64,000 nt of DNA from Marsupella aquatica (Eukaryota; Plantae; Marchantiophyta): NCBI GenBank assembly GCA_973895155.1, contig OZ316891.1:30945112-31009111 (forward strand), read 5' to 3'. Position numbers and translations under genes: made by a program. Below, in pieces: positions 13,809 to 25,910 of the stretch. The notes below the pieces were generated by a model, which was given only the letters and a program-made list of their open reading frames with translations, did not search any database and had not been told where the DNA came from. Positions within the stretch are counted from its first letter, which is position 1. The number at the start of each line of letters is the position of its first letter.

Positions 13809-13827
13809 CGTCATCAGCACGACTCTA
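13809..13827 (+). promoter_or_regulatory. Primer-binding site complementary to the 5' half/anticodon arm of tRNA-Ile
   Basis: CGTCATCAGCACGACTCTA resembles the reverse complement of plant tRNA-Ile ...TAGAGCGTCGTGCT(A/I)ATAACG, i.e. the CGTTATCAGCACG-type PBS of Bianca-lineage copia elements. The tRNA sequence is recalled from memory. Confidence 0.75.
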
Positions 13828-16800
13828 GGAGGTTGAGCACTTGAATTTGTTTTTAGGGATTCGAGGAGTGACAAAAATTAGACACTTGAGGGAATCCCAA
13901 TACAAAGTCCCTTCAAGGAAACCTTCATTTGAGAGTCCATGTCAACCTGGCGTTGGAAATTGATGGAGTATCCTCTATGAGAAACTGACTCCCAAGAAAT
14001 TAGAAGAAACAAAATCAGAAGGAGAGGCTGATCAGACAAAGAGTCGAACCCCTGGATTGACCCTTATGGGATCATTAATAAAAGCTTTAGAGGAATTGAT
14101 TCTGAAATGCAAGATTGAAAGTATGTAGCATGATTTATGGAGGGAGGAGAAGAAACACTGCAGCGCAAAGTCCATAGAGAAACCAGGATAAAGCTTGGGC
14201 TGGAGTCAATCAATCCAATCAAAGAGACCTGATTGAATAGAGGCAGAACACAATCAACAAAATTTCAATCAAGGTGAGATCTGAAAAGGCACCACACCCT
14301 ATAGAGAATGAATGTTGCATTAGGGCTCAACAACCGGAGGGTGAAAAGGACTGAAGGAAATTTGAGGGATGAAAACCTCATGAGAAGACAACACAGTGAT
14401 CACGGACGCAGCCGCGAAGCCATGCAAAAGGGGGAGAATCGATGCACAAGCCCCAAACGGCAAAATTTGGACCAGGCTTTTCGAGAAACCATCGATAAAA
14501 CTTGATAAGTGCAAAACCCCCATACTTGCAACTCATTATAAAGAGTATTTTTACTTACAAAAGAATCAGATCACTTAAAGCATCTTTTTCAAAGCTTTTA
14601 AATCACTTTAAGATACATGTGTAATCCTTAACATAAACCTAAATCATAAGCTTACACTCTCATTTTACAAATGTGAATACTGTGCCTTTACACATTACCT
14701 ACCAATACACATGTTGAGTTTACAAGCATTTATACACATTGAATACATATAACATGGTTGTTACACCATTAATATCACTTTCCACCATAGGGGGAGGAAA
14801 GCACATTGTACCCACAACTATCTCCCACCTCCTAATGTCATTTTGGTTCATTCACCTTCTAGTACCATTTGAACTTATACACCTTCTGGTATCATTTGAT
14901 CTCATAAGATCCAAACGGACTCAGATAAGGGACTTTCCATGACTAACAAAGGTAAAGGTAGAGATGATTTGATAATGGGCAAAGCCCCTAATCTCATCTA
15001 TACATGAGTTAATGAGGAGTTAATATGGGCAAAGCCCGTAATCTAACCCCTACATTCTCTTGATCAGTGGGCATTCCTATCAGACCTTACCTATAGATGA
15101 GTTCCAAATTTCAGAGATATTCCTCACACTCACAATTTCAAGAGAAAATAACATGCATTTTATGCAGATCAATGGGAAGAAACTTCATTGTCTCTAACTT
15201 ATCTACTCAAAAACTTAAACCAAACTCATACACTACAATGGAAAGTACCTCTATACTTGGCCATACACATAGTGATTAAGACCCAAAACCAGAATCTTAT
15301 ACTTTGATTAAAGTTTTATACACTTTTAGCATGCATGCCTTTACAACTTGTACAGAAGTAAGACAACAAAACCTCATCCCTTCGGACCTAGGATCATGTT
15401 CACCAGACAAAATGAAAACACTTACTCTAAGACACTGGACTAGGATAAGGGAATTAGAAAACTAACAATGTTAAAGATATGGTAAAGATATTTGGATTAT
15501 GGAGAAATCCCCTAACTTCATCTAGTCAAGACCCAATGCGGGGTTAATATGGGCAAAGCCCGTAATCTACCTTGATACACTCTTCATGTTGGGGAACGGA
15601 ATAACATCGCGAAACAATGACACATTCACCTTTGTGTATTACTATTAAACAAATCTCTTAGATTGAAACTAAAATTAAGACAATTTTCATCCCCACACCC
15701 AACATAGAATTAATCGGAAAACAATATGAATTAGATGCAGACCAAGGGAAAGAAACTCAATTCTCTCAAAACTTATCTATTGAAGAACTTGAGCCCACCT
15801 ACACCACAATTGTAAGTACAACTAGTACTTGGAAACTAAACAGAGACAATCCTCATATATCTCTATACGAGGAGCCAAATAGTTTAGGGGGAGCATCTTA
15901 TCTCCACAAGTTATTCTAACTTCAAATCTCCCTACATGGCTATCCCATGTCTCAATAATATTTTGAATCTACTTACATGGCCTGTTACCCCATGTCTTGA
16001 CACACTTGTCAAACTACCCCGTGATATTTGCAGACGTGCAGGCAGACGTGCCACTCACGGGAGACCTAACTTAACCGAAACCCTCTGGTGTGATTCTGGT
16101 TCATACACCCTCTGGTGTAGCTTGAGACCTAACACCCTCTGGTGTCAACAACCCTGTGTCCACTAGCACCTCTGTGCCTCCTGACACCTTCGTGTCCATC
16201 AGCACCACTATACTCTCAAATGAGCTTATTGCCATAGACTCTCCCATGATAACATTGCCCCATCCTACCCACATATGGGTTTTTTATTTTGACTTTGGGC
16301 ATTTCTAAATATGGTACTTACACCATACCAAACTAGGACTTTTATATCATTTTTATAATAATACATGATTAGCATCCGTTGATGCAACATGTCTACTCCA
16401 CACTTTGGAAAACTCCCATTTAGCATTTGGGCTAATTAGCACCTTCGGTATCAATCCAGTGATCTGAAACATATAGGATAATGCCATTGCATCCCCACAC
16501 AACCCACATTAATTATCTTAATACCCCCTGGTATTAGATAGCATAAGCCATACTAAAACATGACATGGTTCCTCCAGCTACTAACCAAACTACTAATTAT
16601 TTGGAACTTAGATTGTTTATTTGATGCAAGGCGTTACAGGTGACCCAAATTTCAAATGTAGAGAACTAGACAAAGTTTTTCATGAAGGCATTGACCCCTC
16701 CTGTCCACAAACACCACTGCCATGCAATTGAACTCCGAAGCTTACACCGCCTGATTACTACTGATTGACACACACCACCACTGTGGTTCAACTCTCACAT

Positions 16801-17097
16801 CTCACCAAGAGAACCAACCGGCTGTACTCTTTTTCCTTTAGGGTCAAATATTTTATTTTTTCTCTACTACCCTGGTAGAGTTGTTTTTACCTCAATCTAG
16901 CACCGCTAAAGGTTTTAACGAGGCGGTCCACCTCTTTGGTCAATCAAACATACATGTCTATAAGCATGCAAACACTTTTTACTATCACTGAAACTCATCT
17001 CGTGCAAGTCTATAAACATGGTGATAAATTTTTCTTACCTAGTTCTAGGACTAGTCTAGATTGTCTCCATAACTCCCATTATGTAACCAAGGGGGAG

Positions 17098-17292
17098 TGT
17101 TATGAGATAACTAGTTTTAGACCAGACTAGGAGGTTACCTTTACCATGGTTACCTCAAGACACTATATATACACCCGTGATTCATTCATTTATTCAATCT
17201 CTTTCCCTCTCCAACTATCTATGAATCCTGTGATTCATTCATTTATTCAATCTCTTTCCCTCTCCAACTATCTATGAATCCTATACACAACA
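17098..17292 (+). repeat. 3' LTR (195 bp, with an internal duplication of about 53 bp)
   Basis: Aligns with the 5' LTR. GTGATTCATTCATTTATTCAATCTCTTTCCCTCTCCAACTATCTATGAATCCT occurs twice in tandem. Confidence 0.92.
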
Positions 17293-18417
17293 CGAACCTC
17301 CTTTTCCCTCCACAAGCCATCTCCTCCCTTTCCGCCTCGTTGAGATTCAGTTGCCCAACCGCTTCCCTCTCTTTCGGCTTGATCTCTAGTGTGTTACTGC
17401 TGGACCGGCCAAGGAAAGACTGAGAGTCTGCCTGCTTCGCTCCATCCACCACGTAAGCTTAGCCAGTAAGCTGGACCGGACCATTCTTTCTTTGTTCTTT
17501 CACGCTGCGTTGCTCATCTCCATTTCGAGTCATCAGCGACAAACGTTTACATTATTATAATTCTTAGATATATAATATAGTTTTACAGAAGTAGACAATG
17601 CAATTAAACAGTTGGGAATTCGAGGCAAAAAAGACAATACAATGCAATGCAGCAACGTATCGCAAGACTCCTATGCATGCATGCATATTCCTAGACAGCA
17701 ATTCTTCTTGTCGACCTCCAAGCGGGTGGACTCAGACTCGCTCACCCAGTGGTTACACTGGCAATGATCCATGATTGACGACACCACGGCTGCGGAATTC
17801 GCTTACTTCTCACACTTTCACATCGACTCGGTCGTTTGATTCTACAGTCTGCCACCGTAATATGAATGAAACGGATAGAGGACGACGAATAATGTTCAGC
17901 CGGAGCCGTTGTTCACAAGATGGAATCTGCTCCGTTCTGACTGCCATCCATCATTGTCTGGTTGTACAGTAGTCCTCTCTGTTGAGATGGTGCGTGCTCA
18001 CTGCATGCACGAGGTGATGCGCTCGAGTAGTCTACTCGCAGTACCACAGTATTACGGAAAACGTGTCTGCGAATTAGGCTAATAAAAAATCGCCTTGAAC
18101 CTGCTGGGTCAAGTTAAATCTCCGTCACTCTGACGGCAGCGACTCATCGTCACCCTACGATAGCAGTTTTTCTTGCATTCGGATGAGCAGGTAAACAACC
18201 TCCGCTTCCCCTCGCCCCACATGATTCATAACTTCTGAAATCTGTAGATTCCCGCTTGAATTCTCCTCCCGACTTTAATTTTACCTCACCCCAACCTACA
18301 ATCTTTCAAATTGCGATTGCAATTCAACGAGGACTGGTCTTTTGGAAAGTAAGGGACCACTTGGTCCCTGTTTCCTATCCTGCCAGCTGTGCTATATCTA
18401 TCGCGTTGAAGGGTTAA

Positions 18418-19230
18418 CTTGTTGGAATGTTCCTTGCCCTTCTTATCTGGGTCCCTTGATTGCCTTCGGTTCTCCTTATTTTCTGGTGGAAAATACACGC
18501 CACAAGTTGACGCATGGTTGCTACATTGTACAAGATATTTGAGACTGATGGACCATCCTTCGGTTCTCCTTGTTTTCTGGTCGAAAACACACGCTACAAG
18601 TTGACGCATGATTGCTACATTGTACAAGATATTTGAGGCTCATGGACCATCCGGCCATGCCAGTGTCAGTTCATTTCAGTAATGACATATGGAAGTTGCT
18701 GGCAGTGCATGTGTCGACCTGCACCAGTTACCCGGACTAAACTTTACGAGAAATCAGATGGAAAATGATATTCATACTTCCGGTGAATGCGTTAGATTCA
18801 TCGTCACCTCATAGTGGGCCACTACGGGGTCCACTACTGTATTTTAGGAAGTGGAACTGAACACAAGTTCATACTAGATGGAATCATGAGAGTCCCCCTT
18901 CCATCTCTGGAAACTCCACATCCACTGCTAAAGTAACCTTGCTAAAGCAACCTCGGCGCCTGCAAGGAACAAATCTATGAAATATGGCTATCACTTATTT
19001 ATCGTAGAATTCGTGGATAATATTAGAATCAAATTAATGAAGGCTAAATGAATGGAGAATGGCTCTCTTGAGCTATGATTAACGTTGTTAAATAAACTCG
19101 ATGGACTGCACGATTAGGAAATACACACAGTCATCTTTGAATGTCCAAGAAGCCCAATAATGCATCATCTGTGGAAGAAAGAATGCTTGAACTGAAGCAG
19201 TGCAAATTCTTACAGACTGCTATTCTAGCA
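18418..19230 (+). pseudogene. Heavily decayed receptor-like kinase remnant
   Basis: Motif relics occur in the expected order across stops and frameshifts: TM-like LVGMFLALLIWVP*LPSVLLIFWWK (18418), TLREI (18741), ILGSG (18841), MENGSLE (19052), LD/WTARL (19097), PIMH (19154). Confidence 0.4.
18463..18652. repeat. Tandem duplication, 94-bp period
   Basis: CCTTCGGTTCTCCTT.TTTTCTGGT...ACAAGTTGACGCATG.TTGCTACATTGTACAAGATATTTGAG...ATGGACCAT at 18463 and 18557. Confidence 0.92.
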
Positions 19231-21323
19231 TTGCAGTCTGAAACAGGATGACAAGCTACAATCGAAATCTTGCTGGAACAGGAATCAAGTTCTACAATCG
19301 TCTTTGGCTCTGATTTCTAGGTGAGCGCCTTGAAGGAATCAAAATCTGCCCGAACAATTCCGAGACAACCTCGATTTCACGCTTTCGATAAAGGGGACCA
19401 AGTGAAGACAATTGATTGCATATCGAGAACGTCCCTACGCAGAAATTTGTAGTCAGGAGCGCATTTTCTACCATCACTTCTGTCCAAAATAGCTTTAGTG
19501 TCAATGGTTCAACTTCACCATGCAGTAAAGTTGAAATGCCCGTTGCACTTGTTACGGACTACCTCGGGAGGTGGGTCGTAACATGTTTTGCCATTCCAAG
19601 AAACTTGTATACTACAGTAGTATTTTTTGGGAAGAAGGAAGGGAAAGCCAAGCCCAAGGAGACATGTACAGTGGTTCCTATAACATAAAAGTTCTGGCCC
19701 AAGGTTCACTACATTACACTAGAGGCTGTACAAATGCAGGGAGTCTGTTGGCTGGCCATTTAAAAAGACAAGGAAAAGATGGATCAATGCAACTTTTTTT
19801 GGGTGAAATCGACGACAAGGTTAGAGCGCACGCAGCGCAGAATCAATCGAACCTTTCTCTGATAAGTCTACTGCCAATTGGCTTTACAAAAGTGTCTTTG
19901 GGTTCTTCAAAGTCAAGCTTTCTACTTAGACTTTTGGATTGGTTCCTGTTGATTTTGTCTGCCTGGAAAGAATACTTTTATTAAAGCCTTCTAGGGAGGG
20001 GGGCAAGTTCGTACAGTTTACCATTTGGGGATCAGCGTTTTGACAACTAAGTAGCGACGATTTCGAAATCCTACACAAAAGAGGATAATCTCGAAATCCT
20101 TTGGTATCATGCGTGCATGATCATCATGGCATGTATATGATATTATAATTCCTTAGCCGTCATGATTTTCTCATTACTCAAAGCACCCATGGTTTCCATC
20201 AGACCCAATCCAATGATGGTGCCTTTTGCAAATCCCCAAACGACTCTGAAGGCCAGACAAGAGCATATAACAAGCATGGCAGGCGAGGTGCCTCGTTACT
20301 TGAGGTTTCAAGCACCCTAGAGTGGTGCGAGTAATAAGTATGGGATTGAGCATCTGAAGATAACTACTCATGTTAAAGTATGGTCGTCGTCAAGTAGTGG
20401 TCACTTCTTTTTTGCAGGTGGACGAACTCACAGCCCTCCACGAAAGCCGTGGGACCATTGGGCCCTTATATAGTATATGGGCTACCCTCCAGCTTGCACC
20501 ATTGACTGCTTCTTTATGTAAAGCACGTATCAGATGAACAATGCCTACCAGTGGCGTGAGCACGATCTTCTTGCCCCCCACACCCAAAGTTGTGCATTCT
20601 TACCAGTCTTATTTTCCAATTCTAAAACTAATAATTGGCCCAGGAGCATATCGTTCAAATCATTTCTACTATACAGCTACGCAATCTGTGACACCGAGGA
20701 AATCATTCGAACCTAAGATACTCTAAAAGTAGCTCTAGGTTGTGTTGGAACTTGTTTAGACCTAGAGTTTATTTTGATTACTTTTTTGCACTCCATGTAT
20801 TTAATTGGAGGACAGATTCGTGCTTGTTTGTTGTTGCACCCTTTCTGTGTACTTTGGGTTGTCCCCTATTTTCCAGGGGAAAGTGCTTGCTTGTGACAAC
20901 CCAATGTGCAAGCCACTAGTTTACTACATCACCATACAGGGTAGGGCCTTTCTGAGTTGGTCACCTATCTGGTAGTCTCTTCATCATCATTCAGAACGAT
21001 TTTTTCTAACTGTGTTACTTGCTACTAGCCCGGTTTCCTTCCCCACTTGTGCCTCACCCCAAAATTCCTGTCATCCTAGAGTCAGGACCTAGAAGATTCA
21101 CTATAGACCATGAGGTACATAGTTCAGCTTTTGATTGCGAATTATTAGGCCAACGTGTATTCTTCTCGGGTGTGCAGACATAATATAATTATTTCAGATT
21201 TACGTTCCAAAAGAATTAAAACCATTGAGTTTTGTACAAAAGAGAATCTTGGATTTGCATGAAAATTACATACTCACAAAGTGTTTTTTGTGAGGTATAT
21301 GTTTGTTAGACTCCCAAAATCCC

Positions 21324-21458
21324 CTGAGTAATCTAGATCATTGATTGACCTTAAATCTGAGTGATCTAGGTCACTGATAAACCTTAAATCTGAGTGATCT
21401 AGATACTGGCTGATAGACCTTGAATCCGAGTGATCTAGATAGCCGATGACCTTAAATC
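21324..21458. repeat. Minisatellite, about 33-37 bp x4
   Basis: GAGT(A/G)ATCTAG...ACCTT(A/G)AATC repeated four times. Confidence 0.85.
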
Positions 21459-23776
21459 AGCATACCCAAAACCTTTGGGGTTGGTTGGAGAGAAAATTTT
21501 GGTTTCTGGGTCCATCAAGAAAACAACTCATTTTTTGTTTTGCCTTTCCCCCTAAGGAGGTATTTGCTTGATGATACTCCACAACGAAGACTGTCACTTG
21601 ATAGCACCTTTGAATGATCCAAACTGTTGATTGACTTCTATAGACTTGATAATAGCACTTTTTAGTTTGGGGTCTTATCAAGCAAATATCTCCCGTTTAA
21701 CAAAAGTAACTAAAGATGAGATGATAGCCTAGTTTGAAGTCGAAAATGTGGAGCCCTATCAGGTTTGTCAGTAAAGTATAAGCACAGCCCAGTCCTGCCC
21801 ATCATCTGTCCCCTCGCTTACAATGTAGGTACAATAAGTTGTCCCCGTTCCACGTTTGAGGCAAATAATTCTACCCTTATCACTATCGAACGCCACAGAG
21901 CCATCTCTATGGTACATTGGTACCACGACTACTAACTACTGTAGCTCAAGTAGCATCCTCCTCCGTATCTCCAGCTAGAAAGGAGTTGGACAGCGCTCTG
22001 CCAGGAAACGACTGCGGCCCGTTTTATTTGGCCCACCGACATCGTAGCGGCCGCGCCAGTCTGGAAGGGTAATGCATCCAAATACTAGGTAAAGTTAGTG
22101 ATAATACAATGATAATACTAGTTTTTTTCTTTCAATCAATGAATGCAGCCACATTTTGATGTGTGATTACCACAGCAGGGAAGTTAGTGGCGGCCCCGTC
22201 CTTTTCATAGCCGAACTTTCCACTGCTGCTGTACGAGACAGGTTTCCGTGTCTCTCTAGCCGTCCGCTCCTTTAATCTACGACAAATTCATTAAACACCG
22301 CTATTTCGGCGGCCATGCTGTCCACATGCTCCCGGGTGACCTTTTGAGGAGGGTGGAGTATAGTTGCCGCTTATAGTAGTGTAACGACTGCAGGTCTTAT
22401 TATTACTGTCCTTTTTATGTAAGTGAATAGTGCATAACCTCAAACCCTGGATAATTGTAAGGAGTCACTTTCTCCCCTTTTTTTCCAGATCAATTTGCCC
22501 TACTTTTTGCTGTGTTTGTGACTGCCAAGAGAGCGCCAGTAAATGACAAATGTGTAAGTGAAAACACTCTATGAGGGTGCATACATACAAATGGATAAGT
22601 GCACAGTATCTTTGACTTGCATATTTTTGATAAGTACAAATGGTTTCTTCGAGGTAGGGAGGTACAATTTACGAGAAGAGTTAAATTTCTAATGAAACCA
22701 CTTAAGTCATACTGCCCATATAAAGGGCGCCATTCTTTGCCTGTTGCCCATTCCTCCCCTGTGGTTAAGAATGTGCTGATGGTGGAAACCCAAGTCACTC
22801 TTTTGCTAAGCTCATTCCTTGTGAAAATGAATGTGTATATTGCATAATGATTTATACAGGTAAATCTTATACAGATCATACCAGTAACCACCACTGTTCA
22901 AGATTTCTCACTTTTCACATTTCTTTGTTCTAGAGTGAGGCTTCACAGTTTTAGTAAAATGATACTATAAATGATGTATCTACAGTAGGTTTTGTCATGG
23001 ATGCTTTAAAAAGGGATGTCATGAGAATGTAGACTCAAAAAGGACCCATTGCCTGAAAAGGCATTGCCACTCTTACATAGATGCAAATTCCCAGTCTGTG
23101 CAATTATGACGTAGTGCAAACTCTAGTGAAGTGCACACCGGAGGCTCCGGGCTGCGTGTGTACCTAAAGAGAGCAGGCGGTCCAGGTGCCTCTAGTTTGG
23201 CCGGATATGTCCATGTGGTGGGCCAAGCAAAGCAGCGCGACATGAGACATGAGGCGGTAGTAATAAATTGAGTCGGGACAAGAAAATGATGTCGGAGGCA
23301 TGGACCGCATGTCGCGGTCTATCCCGCTACCCTCGCGGAGGTACAGGTATAGCAGTACTGCTGCTAAACTCATTCTACGGTTAGTACAGTAGCTTGGCTG
23401 CCCCTCGGCACGTGGAGGGCAGTTATTAGGGAACATTGACGGGTTAAAGGGGCAGATGGTGGAGTGATTCTCGAGGCACGGTCGGATTGTCGCCGTCAGT
23501 TCCTTTCGACCTCAATAGATTAGGAGGTGCCTCTAGTTTGGCCTCTAGTGGGCCAAATGGCGAGACATTGACTGGTAGAGTCTCGAAAGCACAGATCGGC
23601 GGAGGGACCGATGGGCTGTCGCACTAGTAGGAACTAGGAAGGCTCTCTAGTTTGGTGTGGGTGCGGTGGGGCAACATAATAGTGAATCATTTGGCGACTG
23701 CTACGGCTACCCTGTTCACATCGGGCCACTAACCTATTAAAACCTGGACGTTAAAGGCGTATATAACCAATATATA

Positions 23777-24010
23777 ATGGGCTTATCAAACGTTTAATTA
23801 AGTATCCAAAATAATTGTCGATGCGACGTATGAAACATATCAATGTATATTATTAACATAGAATGGGCACTTCGAGCATTTAAGCATCCAAAATAATTGT
23901 GAAATTGATATGGAAAAAATATGGATGTATATAGTTCTTATAGAATGGACATATCAAGCATTCCAAGTCCAAGAGAATTGTCAAATTGATGTAGAACAAA
24001 TATACTCACA
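23777..24010. repeat. Diverged tandem repeat, about 82 bp x3
   Basis: AATGG(G/A)C....TC(A/G)A.C.TT...TCCAA.....AATTGT recurs three times. Confidence 0.7.
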
Positions 24011-24329
24011 AATTGGATATCATGTGTATATAGAAAATTAAAGCCATTGCAAAACTTGGTCAAGTAGGCAAAAGACTACCCAATTTAATTATTATCTGAA
24101 GAAAGACTCCAACATTCAACAATTCAATATTGTCTCAATTTTCTTCCACAAAGCATTAACGTATTTCTATAGTTTGTAGCACTTCCACTCCTATTTTATG
24201 CTGGCAATGACTATTTCTTCCCAAAAGGAGCAATTCACCCAAAAATTAGTTTGTGGACCCCTTGGCTAATAAAATCAGGGGGAAGAGTCGATCTGAGCCG
24301 TCTCCATTTCTTATCTCCGGAAATCTCGT

Positions 24330-24655
24330 CCGTCCATCATAATGGCCAATCTGTGGCTCAAAAGAAAGATCTCAAATAGATCTATGGATGGGTTCTGTCC
24401 GTTTTGCAAATGGGTTAATATTTTTCAAATGAAAAATTAAACAAATCCAAGCCTTCCTAGCCGTCAATTTTGTTGATTTTACAATCTTTGCCGTCCATTT
24501 TGTAATGCCTCTAGAAATTTTATTCATCCATGTTAGAAGGCGATCTAGGGTGCAAAAGAAAGATCTTAATGAGATCTACGACGGGGTATTTTTATTTTGA
24601 GAATGAGTAAATAGTTTTGAGTATAAAATTAGATGAACTTTCAAGATTCCAGCCA
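24330..24655. repeat. Diverged direct repeat with about 195-bp period (transposon-subterminal-like)
   Basis: CAAAAGAAAGATCT.AA..AGATCTA.G..GGG at about 24359 and 24553, with collinear flanks. Confidence 0.65.
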
Positions 24656-25802
24656 TTCCTCCTCCCCGATCCTGGGTTTCTATGTGCTCTTCCCAGCATT
24701 AATGACCATACAATACGAGAGGTCCTTACATACTAGGAGTTGCGGTTTAACTAGGAAGTTATCAAGTTAGTTATTAGTCATTATTTATTATATGAAAAGT
24801 ACTTTTTATGAATCTTTGAATTTAAATTTTAAAATTGGAAATGTAACTAAAACGGTTATATAGTGACAGTTTTAACCGTCTTGCTCTTTGCATTTCCAAT
24901 GTTTTTACTTTTCTTTTTACGCCACGACGTCCCAAAATTTACACCCAAATTGACACAAACACGAATGAAAACTATAAGTTTGATTCACAAAACCGACGAG
25001 TCTTGTTTGTTACGGTTGTTGTTGACATGGCACGCTATGGTGCCAGGAATTTTGGAAGGGACCTCTAGTGGGGTCCGTAACAAAAGTACATAATAGAAAA
25101 ATATTCCACAGAGGACAAACACTAAACTCAGAGAAGAGTGCAACTCCAAAGATGTATTTGCTTGAAACACACCTGCACCTATAAAAGTCTCATTCCTTGC
25201 TTCACTATTCAACATAAAAGGTGGAGCACTCAGCATTTTGGATTTGGGTAGGCTTAACTTGACATGACTAACCTGAAATTGCATGCAAATGGTTCATGTA
25301 CACATGGAGGCCTTCCCACACAAGCCTAAGCTAAACCTCACTTGGACCATGATTTCTCATGCAAAACTCACTGGAATGCAGGTTCTATAATAAAAATGAA
25401 AAATGTCACTTTTGGTCCCCCTCATCTCCCCCACTTTTACTGGAAAGAGCGGGTGTGCCCACAGACCAAGTATATGGCATCTTTAGTCTAATCCAGCTGA
25501 GCCAATTAATGTACAAAATGGGGGCAACCCGGCAACCCAATATTAACATTAGTTCTAGGGGTACATCAATAATTTTGATTCTGGGTGGACAGAAAAGTAC
25601 AAAATGGCCAGGAATATTTCATTGAGTTTCACTCACTGAAACACCATAGAGCTGGGCATTCTAACAAGGTGGACTGGTACTTTTGTCTTTTGCTTGGAGA
25701 CATGATGTCGTCTCATCATCCGTGGGTTAGAGTTGTGAAGGAGAAGACGCTAAGTATGTGTTTTAGTTATTTAATTTTCCTATATCAGTTTCTAACCATC
25801 AG

Positions 25803-25910
25803 ATCTCCCTAGATTTTAAGGGAATGACCATTAAATTCGAGCTAACGGGGTCTGGTGGTCTCCCTAGATTTAAGGGGATGACCCTTAAGTTCCAGCTAAA
25901 CGGGTCTGTT
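25803..25910. repeat. Tandem duplication, about 55 bp x2
   Basis: TCTCCCTAGATTT.AAGGG.ATGACC.TTAA.TTC.AGCTAA..GGGTCTG twice. Confidence 0.85.

Larger units (their letters stand above)
13653..17292 (+). mobile_element. Non-autonomous LTR retrotransposon (Ty1/copia, Bianca/Lyco-like priming), 3640 bp
   Basis: Direct-repeat LTRs at 13653-13808 and 17098-17292, both TGTT...AACA. Perfect 5-bp TSD CGAAC at 13648-13652 and 17293-17297. PBS CGTCATCAGCACGAC directly follows the 5' LTR, and PPT AAGGGGGAG (17089-17097) directly precedes the 3' LTR. No internal ORF over about 80 aa and no recognisable gag/pol. Confidence 0.93.

Noticed and set aside
21324-21458. Regularly spaced short repeats here and at 43421-43551 that might suggest a CRISPR array
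   Set aside because: The units are contiguous tandem copies without unique spacers, the context is eukaryotic and there are no cas genes.
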